This document shows, piece by piece, positions 11,736 through 24,746 of a stretch of 56,322 nucleotides of DNA. A program made the translations under genes and the position numbers. Source of the stretch: Hydrolagus affinis (Eukaryota); the NCBI GenBank assembly GCA_012026655.1, contig JAAILG010000258.1, forward strand, positions 62,001 through 118,322, written 5' to 3'. Each line of letters opens with the position of its first letter. Within the stretch, counting starts at the first letter, position 1. Under the pieces are notes generated by a model, which did no database searches, was not told the origin of the DNA, and worked only from the letters and a program-made list of their open reading frames with translations.

Positions 11736-14599
11736 GATGATGATGATGATGATTTTTTTAAAGAAAAACTTAACAAATTTCCTCTGCATTTTAATCTTTT
11801 TCTCCATTAATGTAAGCAGCACCAGATACCCTTTCAATGCATTTTCCTTTTTAAAATGTGTTCATTCTTGTAACAGGAGAATCCTATGTGTCAAGTGTAT
11901 TACAATCAGTGCTTTAATGTTTACTTTGATTATTATTGCTGATTGTTAAAGCTTACTGTGCTATTTTCTAGAGGTTATTCTTTTTAAAATTCAATGGATT
12001 CTATTGTTTTATTGGAAATATTGCTGGAAAATGTTACTTCCTCTCCAGAAAATTCAGATTATTTGGGGGTATTTGGTGATACCTCCTTGTTGTACTGCTG
12101 TATTTTTTGTACAATAGCATTGATGACTTATAAAATCAGTGTGTCATCATTTTGAAGCCTGCTGGAAGAAACTGGCTGATCAAAGCAAGAAAATTCATAG
12201 ATAAAGGCATCTGTAGCACATTAGTGAACTAAGCCAAGTAGAAATATAGTCAGATCATTTAGAGGTACAGCAACTCTTTTGTCTAATGAGCCAATCGGGT
12301 TATATAGTTCCTGCTACCAATTTATGAATTTATGTTACTGTATCCCACGGTTCATATTGTAAGATACATAGCTTTATATCAACTGTAAGGATTATTATTA
12401 CTAACATATGGATTTTAATTGTTAATTAAAATCACTTTAATTCCGGGTAACTCCCTACAATCGCATTGCTTCAGCTAAATATTCGAGAAAATTACATGAA
12501 GGTACATAAGTGTTTTATCTGGATTTTTTAATCCAAAACCTTATAGAGTGAATTTGATCCTTATTTGAATGTACATTTGGAGTTCCTGCCCTTCTACTAA
12601 ATACTTAAGGCTTGAATTTTTTTCAAGATAGACAGAGAGAAACGCTTGGGATTATAAAATGTCCTCACAGGGACTAGCACTTTTAAGTGAAGTTTGTACA
12701 GTATGGCTGACTCTTATTTATTTGTATACAAACCAAGTGATGCGTTTTGTGTATACAGTATTGAGCAAACCTTATGTGAAGACAAGTGGAACCTCTTTCT
12801 TGCCCCATCAAGGCATGTTTCAAGACCCTCCTCTTTGATTATGCCTTTGATTACCTTCCCTACCCTCCATCCTCCCTTAATCCCAACTACCCCTCCCTCT
12901 CCCTCTCTCCCCGCCCCCCCCATCCCCATCCCCACCTCCCCGACTGTCCTGACTTGCCATAGAAAAGCTTTCGTTTGAAATGTCCTTTCTTAATTGATCA
13001 CTGCTATCATATCTATGGATGAGTTGCTTCTAAATTAGTGTTTCTGGGTGGAGGGGAAGATAAACTGAACACTTTCCCGTAAGTACTGTGCTGTTGTCGA
13101 GTAATTCCAGGTCAAGAATTTCACAGAGCACGGCCAGACTGCAGCTCCCTGCATCCAGGCCATGCAGTGAACCTTCTGAGGATCACCCTTGTCAGAGTCA
13201 CCATCATTTGTTCAACTGCAGTCTTCATGGCTTTTCCAAATGAGATTGCAAATAGTGCTGAATTGCTGTGCTTTTGTGCCATTTAATTTCACCCAAACAG
13301 ATCTCATTTCATACACATCCATACCGAGAGACTTTTTATTAGCTGGGTGAAGAAATGTTTTAACTCATTGGTCCCTTATTCCTTTATTTTGTAAAGATAT
13401 ATCAGTTTGTGTTATCCCAATTGAGACAAGAAGCAGCAGGTAGCCCTAAGGCAGAATCCACATTCCAGATAACCTACGTACAATGTAGATGAAGAGGATA
13501 CATCAGATTGCACTTCTAATTATCGGCCTTTTCCCTGCCATCATTTCTTAATAAGACCCAATCTTTTCCTTTGAATGATTTGAATACCCTGATCCGTGAA
13601 TTTCCCCCTCCCCCCATTGTCAATCAGTCTCTTTGTGGTTTGAGGAGCTGGGATGTAACGGTTGTCAGAAGCAGTTGAAACAGGGTGTTATTAAAAAAAA
13701 GGTTTGAGGATTCGCCAGTGAATTGCAAACGTGGAAAATAAAAGACTTGCTTTCAGTCCCAGTATATTTTCAGTGATACAATCTCTATTGTGAATCTCTA
13801 GACTAGTCAAGCTAATAAACTGCACATGAAGTCAGTGTGCTTAGTCATATCTAACTAATTGGGTTTTCTTAATCTTCCGAGACTGGAATTTCTGTATTTC
13901 ATTTTTATTATCTAAGTCACTGCATTCTTCTTTGCACAATTACTCGGGCTAAAATGAAGTTTCCCAATTTATTTGGAGATGGAAAAACTCATTAAGTGTG
14001 AATACTGTTTTAAGCTTGAACAGATCAACTTGGTATGAAATATTTCAACTACCTGAGTTAGCAGGACAGAAAACATTCATCAATTGCTTTGCCTCAAGTT
14101 GTTTTTTTCACCAGAAAAATATTTTGCGCTGTTGACTCATGGCTATATCTGCCATGAAATAATATATTAACTGGTGAAGCAGATCAAAACATTGGATGTA
14201 CAACTTTTGTGCAAAATTATTAGCAACTTTTGCATTGTCGCCAGCGAGTATTTGCAGAGAGGGAGGGAATTCATAATGCAGGAGAATTTGTCTGACTTGT
14301 CACCTCTTGAAAATGCTTGTGCAAGCGTGGAAGCAGAGTGCTTAGGTAGAATAGCTTAATGGATTTTTTACATTATATTGTTTTGTTTCGAAGCACAGCC
14401 TAATCGATCTAATTTGTTGAAGGATATGTAGAGATTGCAAAAATCATCCATCCCTCTACAAAAGCCACTGACAATTGGTTGAAGTGAAATGTCTTTGAGA
14501 GTGAAATGACAGGAACGATCAGAGACTGACTGTTAGTGAGAATGTTAATACTCTCGACACAGCCGGTGTTCTCTTTTATACCAGCTCAACGAGCCCATC

Positions 14600-14760
14600 A
14601 TCCCCATCCTTCTCTGGCTCCTCACGCCCGAGTGGATCAAATTCAAGATCCTCGTTCTTTGAAACGCCACAGCCTCACTTCACCCCACATCTGTGAAATC
14701 CATTTCTACGGCCAACTCCCTCAAATCAGCAAACACAGCGCTATCGAAATTGTTGTTGTG
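14600..14760 (+). mobile_element. L2 3' fragment
   Basis: tggctccctc...attcaagatcctcgt...cacagcctcac matches 22366-22440; ends in a gttgttgt tail. Confidence 0.7.
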
Positions 14761-15974
14761 TCCTTGTTTGTTTAAATTCACCCTTGTAAAATACAATGCA
14801 TTGACAACTCATCTCACTGTTAGAGAACATTGCTGGCATAAATATGATGTTGCCATTGTCTGCATAACTTGTATTTACTTTGATTCTGTAAATTGGTTCA
14901 AAATGTAAACTGGCTGGAGTGAAGACTTCAAAAATATTAACAATTGTGATTTGTTTCTACATGTAGTATTTTCTCCAGTGTTGCGCCTCTCCAGAGATCG
15001 AATTTTTGGAGGTAAATAGTAGAATTGGTACAGCTACCTTAAGGTGGGAATAGCAGTTCTTTAACAAACAGTATTAAAATAAAACTGACAGCGCCAAAGG
15101 AGTCAGCAAGGGCAGAAATGTGAGAGTTTCTCATTGTATTTCAGAGCTGTCAGAAATAATACCTGCAGGATTCATCTTAATAACATTTCCTGGTTTCATC
15201 AGAAGAATTAGCTTGAATTATATACAGAGGATAAAAGTTCGACCTTTGAGGGCCAAACAGTAGCATAGCACAGTCCTTTCGTAGGATATAGCATATGTAT
15301 TCAGTATTACGGTCATTCTTATTCAGGGTATGCTGATCAGCTAATCAGCTTTACAACCTCCTATTATCATAGCTGCTTCTCTATATGCGGTGAACAAATT
15401 AGTACCCTTTCCTGTCAACCTGTTCTGCTAGTCATGGTATGTTTTGTTCTTTCTTCAACTCGTATCAGCTTCTAAATCATGTACATTCTTTGCCACCATC
15501 CCATTATCTCGTCCCATTCCGCTATCATTTACCGTAGATATGTTAAGGTCTGTTTCCTTTTTAATAGTTAATAGTAAATGCAAGCAACTAGTAGGACCTT
15601 AATACAGTAATATATTCTTGCATTAAATGTTTTCAGTGATTGTGCATTTTCATAGAAACTCTGAAATCCACTTTACCTTAATGATGTACAAGGTATCGCG
15701 CCCCAACTGCGGCCTTGCCAACCATGCAACTCATGTATCCACGGTTTGCTAAATGCAACAGTGCTCGCAAACCGCGTTTTGCGTTTTGTGCATCCGCGAT
15801 TTAAATCCGCAGGTTTAAATTTTCGAACAGCTAGTGTACAGCATTAGGACCCAGTGGCGATCTTGCAATCAACCAGCGACAACGCTTCTCTCTTAGGATT
15901 AAGGTAAATACAGTAACATGCATTTATAGTCGTTTCTCCACAGCCTAGCTAGTAAGTTTGGGAGCATTGCCTTG

Positions 15975-16260
15975 CCCCCACCCTCCTTCTCTCTCTCACC
16001 TCTCTATTTCACCTTTTCTTTCCCCCCCTCCCACTCCCCCTTCTCTCTCTGACCTCTCTCTCTGACTCACCTTCTCTTCCCCCTACCCACCCCCTCCCCA
16101 CCCCTCCTTCTCTCTCATCTTCTCCAGCCCCGCCAGTATTCCGTGTCACCACCCCCCCCCCAGCCCTCCATGTCAACCCCCCCACCCTCCGTGTCTCTAT
16201 CTCTGTGTAAGTCCGTCAGACAGCCCCTCCAGCCCTCCATGTCTCTCTCCCACAGTCAGA
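15975..16260. repeat. C/T-rich low-complexity, minisatellite-like tract
   Basis: Polypyrimidine run with recurring cagccctccatgtc units. Confidence 0.85.
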
Positions 16261-16399
16261 CAGGATCTGATTGCTGCAGATCCTCGCAGCCAATGCGCCC
16301 AAACTTACTCCCCCTCTCCCCATGTACGTTATAACTGTATGTGTTTCCTCTTCGACCGTGCCTTTTGTTCCCCCCCAAATTTTTCGACCTCCCCTATGT

Positions 16400-16526
16400 G
16401 TTTCACCCCTTCCCGAACACCCCCCTCCCAGCTCGGGTCACATGCCTCCTATGCAGCGCCTTGGGACGTCCTCCCAATGTGAAAGGCGCTTTATAAGTTT
16501 AAGTTGTCGTTGTCGTTGTTGTTGTT
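16400..16526 (+). mobile_element. L2 3' end nested in the DNA transposon
   Basis: cagcgccttgggacgtcctcccaatgtgaaaggcgct...gttgttgtt. Confidence 0.85.
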
Positions 16527-18277
16527 ACTCCCCGTATCCCCATGTTTCCCTTAAGGCCCTGCATTTCCCCACCACGAAAAAGCCCACGTACACCCCCTAT
16601 CCCCGTGTTTGCCGTAGGGCTCTGCATTTTCCAACCGTGATATTACCAACCGCGAAGGTTTACAGGAACATATCCCCCGCTGTTGGGGAGGGATACCTGT
16701 ATTTAAATCCTGCAATTGTTCATGAGGGTTTCTGTTTAGGAATTTAGATCCTCTTTCCCCCATGTTCCCTTCTCTGATGTGGCTTATGTGAAGCAACAAC
16801 AACAACACAGTTACATTTGTATAGCACCTTCAGTGTGGTTTTATCATAGAATGTTAAGCATCCTGCCTTTTCCCAATTTGGACCAGCAGCAAATAATTGA
16901 CTGGAATTATTTTGTTGTCCTGACCTGGGCAATATCCTAAACTGACATTAAGTAGGTGAGATAGGTCTATATTCTGATGTGGAGTTCACTTGGATCAGAA
17001 TGACAGATGATAGAACTTATTTGACTGCTAACCTTTAACATCCACAAATGGGAGAGACCATCTATTTGCTCTGCATTGTGAATATGGGGCACAAGCAATG
17101 AGCACTTATTTCAACCTTTGATATTCAAAGTTCAATTCAAACCCCAACAGATGTGAATAAAGGACTTTTCTTCTTGAAAGACTGTTTCAGGTGCCAGCTT
17201 CAAATTATTTGAACAGGGTCATTCTATTTTGCAGTTCGGAGAACAGTATGAAACCTGCTGCAGGGTTTGATATTCTGACTCAGAAAGAATGAAGCAGAGG
17301 GTGTCCAAGGGTCACAGATATCAGGCCTAATCCACGAGTTTTAGGCTTAAGACAATTCTCTTGGAATTTAAGAAGGTGCAAAATTTGTGGGAATTCTTCA
17401 CTGCCATTCCATAAAAAATAGAATTTAATCTTTTTTCCCAGATTTTGCCTGATCTGGAAGTTTAAGGGAATCTTCTTCAGCCTAAGACTGTGAGAAATCT
17501 GGTGCAAAAGATGTACATTTTAACAAATGGTTAACAAAATAAAAGTTTAGATTGTGTCGGTATTGTAACCATTGCTCCATTTCAGTAAGATTTACTTTAG
17601 TTCAGACTACTAATCATTTTTTTTACTGAAATAAATATAAACTATACATTCATTGTTTAACAAATAGGAAAACTCATTGTAGTCAACCTGAAGCAAAACA
17701 CCTAACTCATTCCCTTTTCTAACAAATCAATAACCATCAATAGCTATTTCGTTAGTTGGCTTTGAAACTGGGAAGACACGTTGGTTGTTATGAGGAAAGG
17801 AAGAGGAAAATCACTTAGATGCCTCGCCGTCTGCTGTAATGCGGTGCCTATTTGTATTAACACATTTACCTTAGTGTGGTAATTAGATTTTTCTATGTGG
17901 CTGACCACTGTGGCATTCATTACCAGGACTAACAGGGCTCTATCCCTACGGTACTTGTCTGATCCCAAAACATTAACAAGTTTTAATCAGGTTTCTTTCT
18001 CTAACAACAATCTTGCTGTTCCATTTACCCTGAAACTTAGCTGATGTGTACTTTTCCTTTTGTGGTTTGTTTACAAAATCCAATTATGACCCCGAGTAAG
18101 AAAATATGTGTAACTGCGCGCTGTTTGAGCTCTTCACTTGTAGAACTTTTCAATGAATTAGCCAACGTCTGTAAAATCATTCATTGTTTATGAACTATAA
18201 GGTAAGTACAGTGCTGGAGCTGAAATAAAACCTTCTTCATGTGTGCAGTGAACATTGGTCACCCATCATTTTTGTCA

Positions 18278-18650
18278 TTAGGAATAGGAGAAGGTTATTC
18301 AGTACTTCAAGCCCCTTCCACAATTCGAATTTATTAGACGATGGCACATTTTTTAAACCCATTTTCCCCAACTTCTATCCCCATCACTTAATAATACTAA
18401 TAATCCTTGCATTTAATATAGCATCTTATTATGCCTTCAAGACATCCAAAGCGCTTCACAGAATATACGAAACATGGAAATGTCTGCTATTTTTGTTTTA
18501 AATATCCCCACTGATTCTTCCTGTATGGCTTTCTGGGGCAATGCACTCCTTATCTTCACAGCATTCCAGGTGAAGAAATATTTTCTAATCCCACTTCCTT
18601 TTTAGGTTTAATTGTAAGACTATATATCCTTGTTTTTCATCCCACTATGA
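18278..18650 (-). mobile_element. Degraded CR1 3' fragment interrupted by a SINE tail (18388-18470)
   Basis: ttaggaataggagaaggttattcag...gtgaagaaatattttctaatc, with internal taatccttgcatttaatatagc. Confidence 0.6.
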
Positions 18651-18749
18651 GCCTGACCTTCAAATCCTTTGTGCTTTTGCACCACCCTACCATTGCAATC
18701 TCTTCAAGCCCAATTTTCTTGTCCCTTGTGTTGGGTAAAAAAAAGGACA

Positions 18750-18975
18750 TTTCTCGTTTTCACCAAAGGGGAGTAGAAATTTGGAACTTTCTTCCCCAAA
18801 GGGCTGTGGCTACTGGATCCATTCAAATTTTCAAGACTGAGGTGGCTAGATTTTGGGATATGGGCAAAGGCAGGTCATTAGCGTTGAGGTAACAGATTAG
18901 CCATCATCTAATAGAATGGTGGTAGAACAGGCTCAAGGGGCTGAAAGGCTTACCCCTGTTCCTATGATCCTATTG
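18750..18975 (+). mobile_element. CR1 LINE 3' end
   Basis: Residual ORF2 C-terminus FHQRGVEIWNFLPQRAVATGSIQIFKTEVARF and 3' UTR aggctcaaggggctgaa...cctatgatcctat. Confidence 0.85.
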
Positions 18976-21684
18976 TGTTTTTGAAGCCTTAAGAGCATGA
19001 ACCACATTGGACCATCCACCCCAAGTGTGATTTAGTTGAGATTTTGTTGCAGATCTGGATACAATAATTGATATTTTTTCAGTAAAAAGATTTACTCTGA
19101 GGACATCAAATTGCTACAAGCTGTAAAATAATTTACATCGGCATTGTAGAATTAACAGTTACAGCGACTCTTAAGTGACCATTATGAATATTTAGAGACC
19201 ATTTTCAAATCTTTATAATTACTTTATTATTATACCAAAATACCTTCATACCTGGGGGTGCTTTCAAAGACAAATTCCCATAAAATGTAAGGAGTAATGT
19301 TCACAGTCAGTGAGAAAAAATTAAACTTCCTTGCCCCTAAGTAAAATATTTTGGGTTAGCACCTGAGCATTTCTCCTGAACGTGATTTCAATGATGGACT
19401 GTAGTTATTTAGTTGTTTTGAGTGCCAAGGGATCTCTATCTTACTATCTCAGAAATTCGAAAGATTCCGGGTTATTAGATAATGGGACATTGGATGGATA
19501 GTCTAGATCAATGTTGTCGAACCATAGAGGCACAAGCCACAGGCGGTTCATGAAGGGTTTCAGTGTGGCTCACCCCCATCTACCTCAGCTTCAGCAGAAA
19601 TCACGTCACATAATCCCCATTGAACAATATGTATGCGGTAAAAAAAATTCTAGTCAGGTTTTCCGAATGTTCAAAAATCATCTAAAATAATACTCGTGTG
19701 AATAATCGAACAAAATAGATAAACATAATTGATTTTTTTTTGAGTGATAGTATAGTGATGCAGCTTTCTATAATTCCCGCAAACTGTTTTCAGTGTATTT
19801 AAATTAATATAGCTTGCCCCTCATGACGGCTCCACTCTCTTTGTATGTGATTGTTTATCAGTTAAATATTATCACCTTTTTGGACTGGTGTGATTCATGC
19901 TGTCAATGTGGCTCAGTACAAATCTGGGTTTGACAACACTGATCTGGATGGATCATATTTTTACTCTTGCCTGAAACTTCATATTGTTTTATTCTTACTG
20001 AATTTGTAATTTGTTGTAAATTGTTATTGAGATACTTTGGTGGATTCGCCCATTGTTCACTGTAAGAACAGAAATTAACATAACCCAGAGATTACTTCAG
20101 AGTAAATGGTCCTGAAACTCTTCTGAGTTCTTGGTTATTTCTAAAATGTTTTCAATGATTGTTTTTCAGTTCTATGTAAAAATCTGCTGTGGATTTGATG
20201 GCTGTTGCTCACAGCTCACAGTGGCAAAAGCTATTTGCAACAATGGCTAAAGTTACATTACAGTAGTGATCCGTTGCCCTATAGATATTTAAATTATTAT
20301 CCTCCCGACATGAAAGGCGCTATAAAAATATAATTTTGTTGTTGTTGAATTAGCATTTGAAAAGAACATTGGAGCAATACTAATGTCCTGTGTGTGTCAC
20401 TTGGTGTCCCTCGTGTACATAATCGCAAAGGGCTTTGGATAGACCCAGTGACAATGAAGCTTACAGTATTTTCAAATACCTGTATTTGTTCTTGCATATC
20501 TCTCTCTTCTTTTCCTTGATTTTTTCTTTCTTTCTCTGAATGGGAACATCATAAGTCACGTTTCATTTTTCTGAGCCACATGAACAATATCTGGTTTTAA
20601 AATCATTCCACCTGAAGTCTGTCAAATGCCGCTCCATTTGTGAAAAGCTGACTGTTATCGACTTGTTTTTATTAAACCTGTGTTCCTATTGTGTTGGAAA
20701 TGATTTGTATTAGCTGTAATATCAGGGTCCCTTGCTTGCACAGGAGAGCTTTCAAATCCCTGTGTAGCATGGCTTTGCTGTACGAATTGTGATTAAAGTT
20801 TTTGGCTGTTCTCCCTGCTTTGTTAATGTCCATTGAGGGTTCAATTACTGTGCTTGTTATTGGTTTCTACATTCCCTTACATTCCCTTTGCTGTATTTCA
20901 ATATCAGACTCTGTCTCCAGAGATGCACCATGAACCGTTCTGTATTAAAAGTACAGAGCTGGGCCATAATAAAATTAGTGTGGGAGGCATGATTTTGTAA
21001 AACAATATTCAGTAGAATCTTTTTGCTATGTAATGCATTCCTAATTCAATCAATTGCATAGGAAAAAAATCGCTCCAACAGATTTTATGGAAAATGTATG
21101 TGAGCACATTTAAAGATCAGCAATATAAAAATAAAAGTCATTTGGGGTGGTTGATAACTGAATCTGTTAATTATTATTAATGGGTTATTTAAGTTTGTTA
21201 TGTCGAAGAACACTTTGGTGATTGCATTGATTTTTGCGATAAAATACAATGATTTGTTTTTTTCCATTGATGTGTCAAATAGTTTTTTCTCCTTTCACCA
21301 CCTAGTGCTGTAGTGCAGAATTATCAGAGATCTCCCAATGTTCCCTCTCTTAGAAAAAGTATCTCACCCGCACGCTGCAGACACCCTAGCTAAACGTGAA
21401 AACTCATTAGGGGAAACAATTTTGCACAGTGGTGCTCAGTGGTGTATCCACATCCTATCACATCAGGTTGTGCCATCTGAGTCCTGTTAATAATTAAGGG
21501 TTTTCAGCCTCGTGATCGAAGTTCCGTGATAATTCAACATCCATAACCCATTACCTGGCGACAATATTGATATTTAGCAATATTTTCCTTCTCTGGTATT
21601 TTATCAGCTTTGCAAGGGGTTATGTCGAGTCAGAGGATTCTCTGAACCATTCCTTGATTGACGATAGAGAAAGTTTACTTGAGC

Positions 21685-21870
21685 AACAGCAACACCAACG
21701 TGCCTTTATGTAACACTCTCAATACCTTGGGAGTGTTTTGCAAGGGCACAGTCAGACCAGGGGGAGAGGACTGTTAGAGATGCCAATGAGGCAAGTTTTT
21801 AGCACAATCTCAAGACTGATAGAGAGGGGGTGGGGAGAAGAGGTAGAGGGATGAGGTTCCAGAGGTTGTG
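21685..21870 (-). mobile_element. Degraded L2 3' end
   Basis: caacagcaacaccaac tail followed by purine-rich L2 3'-like sequence ending gttccagag. Confidence 0.5.
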
Positions 21871-21877
21871 AATATAG

Positions 21878-22182
21878 TAACAATAATATGTTGCATTTGA
21901 TATAGCGCATTTCACATCTAGACGTCTCAAAGCGCTTCGCAGAATATTCTATATATATTAATATGAATTGACTGTACGTTTTATAGGCAAAACCCGGCTA
22001 CCGATTGCACACAGCAGTGTCCCATAAATAGTCGTCGATTGAAGTGACCAATTTATTGTTTTTTTTTCTTGAGGGATTATTATCAGACATGTGGAGTCAA
22101 GAAACTTTCCCAAGGTTTCGCCTTGTCAGGAATCGAACCCAGGTCTCTTGCTTGCGAAGCAAGTACCAACAACCTAGCTACA
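21878..22182 (-). mobile_element. tRNA-SINE, near full-length short variant
   Basis: Runs from tail through body to caggaatcgaacccaggtctcttgcttgcgaagc (tRNA head). Confidence 0.9.
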
Positions 22183-22344
22183 GAACATGTTTCGCAATTT
22201 CAAAGTGCAAAGAATTGTTTAAAGTCACATGGGGCATTAGGGGTTGTTGAGGTTTGTAGTTTTAACTAACACTTGACTCTTAACATTACTCAATATAAAT
22301 TTCTGAAACTTGAAAGCTCATTCCCCAGTATACCGCAGGGTGGA

Positions 22345-22806
22345 TGAAGAAAGCGCCAGACTCCATTGGCTCCCCATCATCCAGAGGATCCAATTCAAGA
22401 TCCTGGTCCTCACATTCAAAGCCCTCCACAGCCTCACCCCACCCTACATCTGCGACCTGTTGAGCCCCTTCCAACCTGCCCGCCTCCTCCGCTCAGCAGG
22501 CTCCAGCCTGCTGCACATCCCCCAACTCACCCGCCCCACCATTGGTGGGTGAGCCTTTAGCCACTCTGCCCCAACCTCTGGAACTCCATCCCGCAGTTCC
22601 TCCGCCTCGCCCCCTCCCTGGCCTCCTTCAAGTCCTTCCTCAAGCCCGTCCTCTTCGACAGTTACATCTGTCACTCCAAATCCTCTCCCTTTCTCTCCAC
22701 CCTCCCTGTCCCCAGCTCGGATCTGAAACCATGACTGTCCAGCGCCTTGGGAAGTCCTCCTGATGTGAAAGGCGCTCTACAAGTGACATGTTGTTGTTGT
22801 TGTTGT
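22345..22806 (+). mobile_element. L2 LINE 3' portion (ORF2 C-terminus, 3' UTR, (GTT)n tail)
   Basis: Encodes LHWLPIIQRIQFKILVLTFKALHSLTPPYICDLL...LRS, the classic L2 ORF2 end. Confidence 0.92.
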
Positions 22807-23519
22807 AGAGTGAACTGAGGAAGGTTTGTGCATCTCTAATGGCAGTAGTAAGCCCAATCTCTGAAGGTGTTCCATTTTGTTACCTGGCTTCAGAGGTGCT
22901 GAGTATCCAACCCTTGTCTGAATCTCTGCAGCCAGAAAATAAACCCAGTTTGCTTCTGACAACTGTGAACACACAGTTTGTGAAGATCAGAATCTCCTCA
23001 CAGTATAAACCATCTGAATTTCGCACTGCCTGTGGCTTTCGAATATTACATAGCAGTTTGAAGTTGTGTTGTAATTTAAAAGCAATATAAGACCAAAAAG
23101 ATTATCTAACAGGAAAAGGTTGGCCTGGAGGCAAAAAGAACTAATAGTATTCAGGGCAAAGAAAGAAATACAATTGCAATAAGAAAAAATGAATACAGAT
23201 TTCTTTTTAAAATATTGAAGGATAAGCTTTTATAATAATCCAAGGAGCATTGGGAATAAATTCTTATTAGTGGCTTTAGCAGCTAGCAAACATTAACATT
23301 ATTGATATTACTGGGACAAGCGAGCACATTTATTATGCACGGATTAATATCATTAATTATAATATCATTGATAATAATAATATCAGATAGCAGAGAGCTT
23401 TTGGGAAGATTCATATAATAATATTGTAGAGGTAAAATAGAAAACCATGGAAAATTCAAAATGGATTAAACAGCGGTTGAAAGTAACAGCAATTTAGGAG
23501 GTGTAATCCCTGATCACTC

Positions 23520-23650
23520 ATCACAAAGTATTCAGTCAATTCAGTTTACAGTATATTCTTTGAAGCACATTGAGACATCTCGAAGACGTGATAAGGCTCT
23601 ATATCAAATTCAAGAATTATTATTATTATTAGTAGTAGTAGTATTATTAC
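23520..23650 (+). mobile_element. tRNA-SINE 3' fragment
   Basis: cagtcaattcagtttacagtatattc...ctatatcaaattcaagaattattattatt. Confidence 0.85.
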
Positions 23651-23904
23651 AACATACCAGGTCCTGCTTTGCTTCTCAATATCAGTAACTTTGAGACGTC
23701 GATAAGATGTGGAAAGCACTGTATAAATATAAGTATTATTATCTGATCTGCTGATCAGGTTTCAATGCCACATTTCCTAGTTTTTTTTAAATGTTCAAAT
23801 AGAAATTGATAGTTTTAGCTTTTATTTTCAACAATTGAACATATTATGCGATGCTTACCCAGTTGAAAGTAATATTAGTAGCTAGTCTTGTATCAAAAAT
23901 ATTA

Positions 23905-24124
23905 CAGTAAAAGCCCGTTTATCCGGCACCCTTGGGACCTGTCCAATGTCTGTTAAAGCGCGTGCCGGATATTGGGCCAAAACACCCTTAAAAATTTTAT
24001 TTATTTTTTTAAAATGCATTTTTCCGGATAAATTCTGGTTAATTGAATACGGACCTTTTTTTTTAGGTGCCGGTTATACGGAAGTAACGGTTGATCGGAT
24101 CACGGATAAAACGGGCTTTTACTG
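23905..24124. mobile_element. MITE, Tc1/mariner-pogo type, 220 bp
   Basis: TA|cagtaaaagcccgtttatccg ... cggataaaacgggcttttactg|TA: 21/22-bp terminal inverted repeats with one indel, TA on both sides. Confidence 0.92.
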
Positions 24125-24746
24125 TACATAGTTATTTCCTCAGTAGTGCCTTGAATCACAAAGTTTGAATAACACAAATAAACAATTGTGCAACATTCGG
24201 ATTTTGTACATGTGTCTAAAAATACTTACATTCCTATAAACTGTAAGCTTTCTTATAGAACGTTTAATGAAACCGGTGTAAAAAGTGGTTTTGCAGAGTA
24301 ACAATAAGATTATGTTTAAATGAAAAAGACAATCTAGCCCATTTTATCTCATCCTTCCAGAATACTCACTGTATAACAGCTACTAAATAGCAAAACATTT
24401 ACTAATGTGGAATATGATATTTGAAAAATACTTCGATCATTGTAAAATGATTAACTCTGAGAAGAAATATCACATTTCTTTTTGTGTTTACTCGTGCAGT
24501 AAAATTATGTAATATTGTAGGAAGCAGCCAAAGCTATCCTTGCACTGAATTTCAAGGTGTAAACTTTGATTTTACGATAACCATCTTTGAAGAGGAGCAT
24601 CCCGAATGATAATAGTTTTTCAGCTAAATCTTGTTGAATTAAATTACCTGGCGTTTCATTTCTTCATTTCCCTATAAAATAAGGTGCTCTAAACAAACAG
24701 TAAGACAATATAAATGTTTCACACCAGTTGTTATTTTTTTCTCCAG

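Larger units (their letters stand above)
15689..16699. mobile_element. Non-autonomous Tc1/mariner-pogo (Tigger-like) DNA transposon, about 1 kb, with a nested L2 end
   Basis: TA|caaggtatcgcgccccaactgcgg ... ccgctgttggggagggatacctg|TA: imperfect ~23-bp terminal inverted repeats with TA on both sides. Confidence 0.75.
1..24746 (+). other. EXOC4: Upstream intron of EXOC4 (partial, at least 24.7 kb)
   Basis: The preceding EXOC4 exon (recalled FESSSHAISMSAYLREQ...) was not seen. The sequence is repeat-rich and non-coding. Confidence 0.75.

Noticed and set aside
12694-12978. Pro-rich and Gly-rich overlapping ORFs
   Set aside because: They come from a C-rich tract next to a decayed L2 3' region.
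16271-16747. 158-aa ORF with an internal repeat (YSPYPHVSLKALHFPT / YTPYPRVCRRALHFPT)
   Set aside because: It spans an L2 tail and the transposon's internal direct repeats, and has no transposase motifs.
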